A stretch of 64,000 bases of DNA, from positions 1 to 64,000 of the IMG/VR virus record IMGVR_UViG_3300009710_000010. One strand, given 5' to 3'. Under the pieces are notes generated by a model. It saw only the letters and a list, made by a program, of their open reading frames with translations. It had not been told where the DNA came from and ran no database searches. Positions 58,292-64,000 of this stretch are shown here, piece by piece (positions within the stretch are counted from its first letter, which is position 1; each line of letters begins with the position of its first letter). Source of the DNA: a virus (lineage: Duplodnaviria; Caudoviricetes). The position numbers and the translations under genes were made by a program.

Positions 58292-61049
58292 TGATTTCTT
58301 AATGGATTCCAATGGGAATCCTAAATTTAATTTAATGTCGTACGATACTGAAACCAACGGGTTGGAGTTGTATAAAACTTCAATTGTTGGTTTTTCGTTT
58401 TCAGTAGATTCACATAAAGGTTTTTATGTACCTCTATTGGTATGGGTACCAGACCCTAAATCTAAAAAATCAAGAACTAAAGATAAGATCAAAATGGAAG
58501 TTTTTACAGATGGACATTTTGTAAATCCGTGGACTGGTAAAATACACCCAGAAAATGTCAAACCAAAAGATGTAGATTATCCTGAATGGGTTGGACCCAT
58601 TATGCAAAGATGGTTCGGCAAGGCCCAACTCTTTATGTGGAACGCCCCGTTCGATATTAATCACACATATATTTGTTTTAATGTAGATTTAAAAGATAAT
58701 CTAGTTGCCGACGGTGGATTACTAGCACATATCGCCAACGAGAACGAATCTGTCGGATTAAAAGAATCTGCGATAGTTTATCAAAAACAACTAGGTATTA
58801 ATCCATGGGCCATGGCCGATCAAGAGAAAAAAGAACTAAAAGGTTCCATCATACTTAACGGCGGACAGGGTCGAGAAGTTTGGAGAGCAGATTTAGAGCC
58901 ACAAATGAAATACGCTTGTGCGGATACGTTTCTTACACACGGCCTGGTGGAAGTTATTTTAACAGAAATAGCAAAAGAGCGTCGAGAACAATATTCTCAA
59001 ACTGAGAAGTGGATATTCGATGATGAAGTAATGCCAGTATGTAAAGAAGTCGTTGTAGACATGAAACGTAAAGGCGTTTACATAGACGTTCCTCATTTCC
59101 AAAAACTATATGATCAGAATTCAAAAAAATTGATGGAGCTTGAGGATCAATTTATTAAAGATATTACTCCATTCTTAACTGATTTTGATAAAGGTAAATC
59201 TTTAGATGAGGCAGTATCTCATCAAAGATTAGTTAAAAAGATCATGGAATTAGAGGGAGTAGCAATACCCCAGATTCTTGATAAGAAAAGCGGAGAGATG
59301 AAAGAATCTATCTCGAAGGCTGCAGTTAAAAAAGCGTATGAAGAGAATCCTCATTGGATCTTTGGGTACCTATTAGATCAAGACGAAATTAAATATTCTG
59401 AAGCTAAATTAAACGAAATCAAACAAAAACTTTACGAAGAGGTAGAGGAGCGTAGGTATCGTTTTAATCTTAACTCAAATGCACATTTAATTTGGTTATT
59501 TTTTGATAAACTTAAAGAAGAGCGTCGTAAATTTCCTAAAACAGATGGCTCTACTACAGAAGAGTGGGTACCGTCGATTGATGCAGAGGCGATCAAGGAA
59601 CACTTACTTCCTAAATACCCGTGGGTAAACTCACTCTTAAAATATAAAAAGATTCAAAAGATCCTTTCTACGTATGTGGCACCAGCTCTAGAACTTCAAA
59701 TTGATGGCTGGATGTATATGGATATGAAGCAGAATGGTACAACATCTGGTCGATTCTCTTGTTCTGGTGGTTATAACTTACAAACCCTACCCCGCGTTGA
59801 TGATGAGTACGAAGCATTAGATGAGTGTCACAAATGCGAAGCAAAGCGTTTAAATAAAGACGGAACTGAAACGGGCCTGATCACATTAGATGAATACATC
59901 GAATGCATGGCCAACAGAATCTGCAATAATTGTGGACACGTCGAGTATGATATTCCACGACCATCCGCTATTAAAAAAGGATTCATAGCTCCTCCAGGTT
60001 ACAAGATTATTAACGCAGACTACTCTTCGCTTGAGCCTAGATGCTTTGCGTATGAATCTCGAGAGGATAAAATTAAAGCTGTTTATAAACAAGGTTTAGA
60101 TCTATATTCTAAAGTTTATTGCGATATGTTCGATACTCAAGGTCAGTATTCCGCAGATCCTAAAGCTCCAAACTTCTTAAAAAAGGCATATCCAAAAGGT
60201 CGTAAATGGGTAAAACCAATAGTTTTAGGTATTCCTTACGGAGCCGGAGATGCGCAATGCGCAAATATGACGGGTGCTACTATTCGTTCTGAAAAGCCAA
60301 ACGAGTATGGTATATATGAAGAACGTCCAGACATGAATAAGGGTAAAGAGATTAGAGATAAATATTTAGCGACCTATCCCAATCTACAACAATATATGTC
60401 ACACCAAGAGTATATGGCTGTTGAGTATGGCTATGTTGATGCTAAATATGGAAGACGTCGACACTTTGAATATGCTAAAAAGATCGGTGATTTCTTTGGA
60501 GCCAAGCCTTCGTCTTATGGAAATTATGATGATAAAATGGTAAAAATTGAACATTTTCTTAAAACAGGAAAAGCTCGATTAAACGGTACATCTGCGATTA
60601 TTAAAGATAAACTTACGGGCAATGTTGTATTTAATCTTACAGAAGAGGATTTGGTTGCACTAGCTGAAACTTTAGGCATGAGTTTTAGCATGGATAAATA
60701 TGGAAAAGACGGTGTTAAACAAAAAGGTGGATGGTCTTACATTAGATCACTTCTGAAAGCCGACTTAAATAATGCTAAAAATCATCCAATCCAAGGTTTA
60801 GCTGGACATATTGCCAACATGGGAATGCTGACAACAACTAGAGGTTTTAAAGCTAGAAACTTAAATGCGTGGGTAGCTTTGCAGGTACATGACGAAATTA
60901 CGTGCTATGCTCAAGAAGATCAAGCGGAAATAGCTAAAGAAGTTTTACAGTCTGGCATGGAAGACAATATTTATACTATCCCTCTTAAAGAGGATGTTGT
61001 TATGATAGCTGAACCTGTTATTTGCGATAATTTGAAAGATTCTAAATAG
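58236..61049 (+). CDS. polA: Family A DNA polymerase with 3'-5' exonuclease
   Basis: YDTET.G, WNAPFD, YACAD; TTSGRFS, ADYSSLEPR, R...K...LG.PYG, N.PIQG, QVHDE. Confidence 0.95.
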   Translation: MIWQKYNLINTPELIKQVDDFLMDSNGNPKFNLMSYDTETNGLELYKTSIVGFSFSVDSHKGFYVPLLVWVPDPKSKKSRTKDKIKMEVFTDGHFVNPWTGKIHPENVKPKDVDYPEWVGPIMQRWFGKAQLFMWNAPFDINHTYICFNVDLKDNLVADGGLLAHIANENESVGLKESAIVYQKQLGINPWAMADQEKKELKGSIILNGGQGREVWRADLEPQMKYACADTFLTHGLVEVILTEIAKERREQYSQTEKWIFDDEVMPVCKEVVVDMKRKGVYIDVPHFQKLYDQNSKKLMELEDQFIKDITPFLTDFDKGKSLDEAVSHQRLVKKIMELEGVAIPQILDKKSGEMKESISKAAVKKAYEENPHWIFGYLLDQDEIKYSEAKLNEIKQKLYEEVEERRYRFNLNSNAHLIWLFFDKLKEERRKFPKTDGSTTEEWVPSIDAEAIKEHLLPKYPWVNSLLKYKKIQKILSTYVAPALELQIDGWMYMDMKQNGTTSGRFSCSGGYNLQTLPRVDDEYEALDECHKCEAKRLNKDGTETGLITLDEYIECMANRICNNCGHVEYDIPRPSAIKKGFIAPPGYKIINADYSSLEPRCFAYESREDKIKAVYKQGLDLYSKVYCDMFDTQGQYSADPKAPNFLKKAYPKGRKWVKPIVLGIPYGAGDAQCANMTGATIRSEKPNEYGIYEERPDMNKGKEIRDKYLATYPNLQQYMSHQEYMAVEYGYVDAKYGRRRHFEYAKKIGDFFGAKPSSYGNYDDKMVKIEHFLKTGKARLNGTSAIIKDKLTGNVVFNLTEEDLVALAETLGMSFSMDKYGKDGVKQKGGWSYIRSLLKADLNNAKNHPIQGLAGHIANMGMLTTTRGFKARNLNAWVALQVHDEITCYAQEDQAEIAKEVLQSGMEDNIYTIPLKEDVVMIAEPVICDNLKDSK

Positions 61050-61057
61050 GAGTATTG

Positions 61058-61702
61058 ATGGCAAAATTAGTAGCATTCTGCGGAGCAAAAGAAAGTGGAA
61101 AGTCAACTTCGGCTGAACTTTTTAGACAAGCCGTAAACACCGCAACCGAAGAAGTGGCATTTGCTGGTCATTTAAAAAAGACCTGTGCTAAAGTTTTTAA
61201 AATTGACATTAAATATTTTTTAGATACTAAACTTAAAGAAGCTGAATTGGAAACTTATGTTAGACTAACCAAAGAAGCTATTGAGCAAATATTCCAAGAA
61301 TTTGATATTCAAGCCTTTGATTATGACAAACATATACGTCCCCATATGGGTCAAGTTTTTGATACACCTCGTAAAATACTTCAATACGTTGGAACAGAAG
61401 TCCTACACCCTTTAGACAAGAATATCCATGTGAATATTACTCTTAAAAAGCTAAATCCAGAAGTAATTACAGTCGCCACGGATTTAAGATTCCCTCAAGA
61501 GTTTGATGCTTTAAAAGACAATAAAGATTTTATTCCAGTTTATGTTAATAATAAAAAAGCAGAAGACGCAGCTGCAGCGGATACTCACGCATCTGAACAA
61601 GGTTGGAAACAGTTTAAGCACTTATGTATTGAGCTGGATAATAACGGTACCATGTCCGATTTAATAGCAAATGTAAATAAATTTATTAAGGAGAAATTAT
61701 GA
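61058..61702 (+). CDS. Deoxynucleoside monophosphate kinase
   Basis: G.K.SGKST, AFA..LK, PR.ILQ.VGTE, TDLRF.QE, H.SE, NNGT. Confidence 0.88.
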   Translation: MAKLVAFCGAKESGKSTSAELFRQAVNTATEEVAFAGHLKKTCAKVFKIDIKYFLDTKLKEAELETYVRLTKEAIEQIFQEFDIQAFDYDKHIRPHMGQVFDTPRKILQYVGTEVLHPLDKNIHVNITLKKLNPEVITVATDLRFPQEFDALKDNKDFIPVYVNNKKAEDAAAADTHASEQGWKQFKHLCIELDNNGTMSDLIANVNKFIKEKL

Positions 61703-62109
61703 GTCTAAGAAATACTATTATATTAATGATTTTAGTTGCCGCAGCTTCTGCTGGAATTACGCGATATTACTTTCCGCAAGTAGAATTTAAAAATACAGAA
61801 ACAGTAAAAGAAGTCGTTAGAAACGACGTTAGAACCATTGTTAAAGAGGTAGTTCGTCCGGATGGTTCTAAAGAAATCGTAACTGAAGTAATCGATAAGT
61901 CGACTAAAAAAGAGACGTCTACTTCTGAGACGATGAAAGCTGCTCAAAAACAATGGTTAGTTGGTTTAGGAGCTCGTGCAAAAGTATCAGAACGAGACAC
62001 CATAATTTATGAATTAGAAGCCCATCGACGTATACTAGGTCCTTTTTATTTAGGTGGAAAAGTTGGATCTGATAAAAGTGTAGGCTTGTCCGTTAGCATG
62101 GAATTTTGA
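61699..62109 (+). CDS. Membrane-anchored protein with C-terminal beta strands (possible lysis/envelope protein)
   Basis: N-terminal TM segment, K/E/V/T linker, ends GLSVSMEF. Confidence 0.55.
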   Translation: MSLRNTIILMILVAAASAGITRYYFPQVEFKNTETVKEVVRNDVRTIVKEVVRPDGSKEIVTEVIDKSTKKETSTSETMKAAQKQWLVGLGARAKVSERDTIIYELEAHRRILGPFYLGGKVGSDKSVGLSVSMEF

Positions 62110-62121
62110 TAGGATTCACAT

Positions 62122-62508
62122 ATGTTAGATTACCAGCAACTTCAAAATTTAGTTAATCAATATCTCGATCTAATTACTATAGATCGGGATGCTATTATTG
62201 ACGCCCGCAATCGTGCTGCTAAATTTCTTGTAGTTCAATCCCATTTATCAAATCATTTAAAAACATTAGACGATATTAAAGTTACTGCATCTACTCTAGA
62301 AAAAGCTACGTATGCTCAAGCTTTAATGAGACAGGCCGGTAAAAACGTTACTGAGAATAAAATTAATGCTGAAGCTGATCCAGAATACGCGCAAGCTAGA
62401 AGTTCTTTAGAACTAGTAGATGCTGAAATCAATTGGACAAAACGTCATTTTGAAATATTTGGAAACGCTCACGTAATGTTTAGGCAAATTGCTGCAGAAA
62501 GACCATAG
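62122..62508 (+). CDS. Putative recombination mediator (UvsY-like)
   Basis: Helical; K.TE..I.AE.DPEY...R; immediately upstream of the RecA-like gene. Confidence 0.5.
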   Translation: MLDYQQLQNLVNQYLDLITIDRDAIIDARNRAAKFLVVQSHLSNHLKTLDDIKVTASTLEKATYAQALMRQAGKNVTENKINAEADPEYAQARSSLELVDAEINWTKRHFEIFGNAHVMFRQIAAERP

Positions 62509-62516
62509 GAGATATT

Positions 62517-63425
62517 ATGGAAAAGAAGTTTGACTTTTCAAAAACAATTAAACGCGTTCAAGATAACTATAAAAACGACAAAAAGATGGCTCAACAAATT
62601 GGATTAGGTCAAGCATTAGAGACTATCTCCAACGATCCAAATGATTATGTGGTAATGGCTGATTGGTGGAAATCTAAATTTGGAATTATGGGTTTAAAAT
62701 TTGGACATATGGTTCAAGTAGCCGGTAAGTCTGACTCAGGTAAAACGTCAATTTCGTTGGATGCAATGAAGAGAGCCCAACAACAAGGTTGTGCCGTTGT
62801 TTACGTGGAAACTGAAGGAAAGACTGGACCTGAAGATTTAATCTCAGCCGGTATTGATCCAGATGGTGTAGTTTGTATTTATTCTTCAATTACAGAAGAA
62901 GCATTTGAATTAATGCTCAAAGCTGTAGATTCTATTTATGTTGATTATCCAGAGGCAAAAGTACTAGTAGTATTTGACTCTTTCGGTAACACTACATCAG
63001 TTCGTGATGCATCTTTAGAGATGACTCAAAAAACGGCTATGGTTGGTGGAGCTGCGAAAACTAATAGATTGGGCCTTTCAGCTCTCCGTGCAAAAATGTC
63101 AAAAGATCCAATCGCAGTATTGCTAGTAAACCGCACGTATGATAATTTAAACTCTCCAGGTAAATCAAACGCTGGTGGAGATGCAATCAATTTCTTCTCT
63201 ATGTTAACCCTTCAAACAGCTCGTAAAGGTTGGTATGAACGTACTGTTAAGGGCGAAAAGGTTCGAGCAGGCGCCGTTGTTATTTGGAATGTTTATAAAA
63301 ACCACTATGCTAAAGCTTTGAAAGGCGAAGATGGACAATCAATCTTACTCCCAAAACAAGTCGAACTTAAAATTACATCAGAAGGCATTAATCCGACTGA
63401 CCAGGTATCTGAAGAAGGCGAATAA
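62517..63425 (+). CDS. RecA/UvsX-like recombinase
   Basis: GKSDSGKT (Walker A), YVETE, VFDS (Walker B), GG.A..F. Confidence 0.85.
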   Translation: MEKKFDFSKTIKRVQDNYKNDKKMAQQIGLGQALETISNDPNDYVVMADWWKSKFGIMGLKFGHMVQVAGKSDSGKTSISLDAMKRAQQQGCAVVYVETEGKTGPEDLISAGIDPDGVVCIYSSITEEAFELMLKAVDSIYVDYPEAKVLVVFDSFGNTTSVRDASLEMTQKTAMVGGAAKTNRLGLSALRAKMSKDPIAVLLVNRTYDNLNSPGKSNAGGDAINFFSMLTLQTARKGWYERTVKGEKVRAGAVVIWNVYKNHYAKALKGEDGQSILLPKQVELKITSEGINPTDQVSEEGE

Positions 63426-63527
63426 GATTTATAACTTATTTCTTTTGTTTATGCTGTTTAGATTAGTTGATTATAATTACTTCATCACTGAACGATTAGA
63501 CATACTCGTTCGAGAGTTGGGGAATTT

Positions 63528-64000
63528 ATGCTTGATCTCTTTACATTTATTGGCGACCCACATATCACTCCTAAATCCTTAGACAAGGGTGAAGTACTAT
63601 TTAATACAGTTGAGAACTTAGGTCGCCATTGCGTATGGCTTGGTGACCTCTTAGACACTAAAGAAGTTATCAGAGGAAAGTGTTTAAACGCATTTTATGA
63701 CTACTTTAGTAGATCTAAACTTCAGCATATTATTATCGTAGGAAACCATGATTGGTTCAATCTTGAATGTAAAGACCACTCGTTAAAAGCTCTAGCGGCC
63801 CTCCCCAATGTTACTATAATTGATACAGTAAGATCTCACCCAACTTTGCCATTCGTGTTCTTTCCGTACATCCACGACAAGGCTAAGTTAAAGGAAGAAC
63901 TTAATGCTATTGAAAATCCTCAAGACAAAATTATAGTTGGACACTTTGAAGTATCTGGATTCGACTTCGGAAACGGTCATTTATGTGAAGACGGAATCAT
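63528..64000 (+). CDS. SbcD/Mre11-like recombination nuclease (partial; runs off the right edge)
   Basis: Not in the ORF track. Hand translation MLDLFTFIGDPH...LGDLLD...VGNHD...FPY...GHFEV.GF. Confidence 0.85.
   Translation, partial: MLDLFTFIGDPHITPKSLDKGEVLFNTVENLGRHCVWLGDLLDTKEVIRGKCLNAFYDYFSRSKLQHIIIVGNHDWFNLECKDHSLKALAALPNVTIIDTVRSHPTLPFVFFPYIHDKAKLKEELNAIENPQDKIIVGHFEVSGFDFGNGHLCEDGI

Noticed and set aside
50523-63425. Introns or inteins in nrdJ, primase-helicase, polA or recA
   Set aside because: ORFs are continuous and of normal size; the polA insertions are short and lack intein C/S...HN ends.
63331-63582. 83-aa ORF between recA and the nuclease
   Set aside because: Overlaps both neighbours out of frame; no motif.

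Overview
This AT-rich window is part of a large tailed (myovirus-like, contractile-tail) bacteriophage genome read in the standard genetic code. No bacterial housekeeping genes, integrase, CRISPR array or reverse transcriptase are visible. Layout: (1) 0.8-24.9 kb (+): tail chaperones, tape measure, baseplate, a paralogous tail-fibre/receptor-binding array and an M15 endolysin; (2) 25-48.4 kb (mostly -): small early/accessory genes, a tRNA-like RNA with a structured leader, a full tmRNA, ligase, exonuclease, ThyX, nucleotidase and SF2 helicase; (3) 48.7-64 kb (+): GroEL, class II RNR, dCMP deaminase, primase-helicase, PolA, dNMP kinase, UvsY/RecA-like genes and an SbcD/Mre11-like nuclease. The most striking signal is at 32.1-33.9 kb. 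Two convergent ORFs look like chimeras: one carries the N-half of a sigma-70-family factor and the other carries its region-4 C-half. Both break at an in-frame 8-bp inverted repeat (TAGAAAAG, 33126-33133 and 33740-33747). Inverting the 622-bp segment would assemble an intact 173-aa sigma factor and a 140-aa protein paralogous to ORF 162..644. The locus also has an 18-bp VNTR and sits behind a promoter cassette flanked by a perfect 17-bp inverted repeat. This is a candidate DNA-inversion switch that builds a phage sigma factor; a fixed inversion or an assembly chimera cannot be excluded without reads. All functional calls come from motif recognition by eye, with no database searches.
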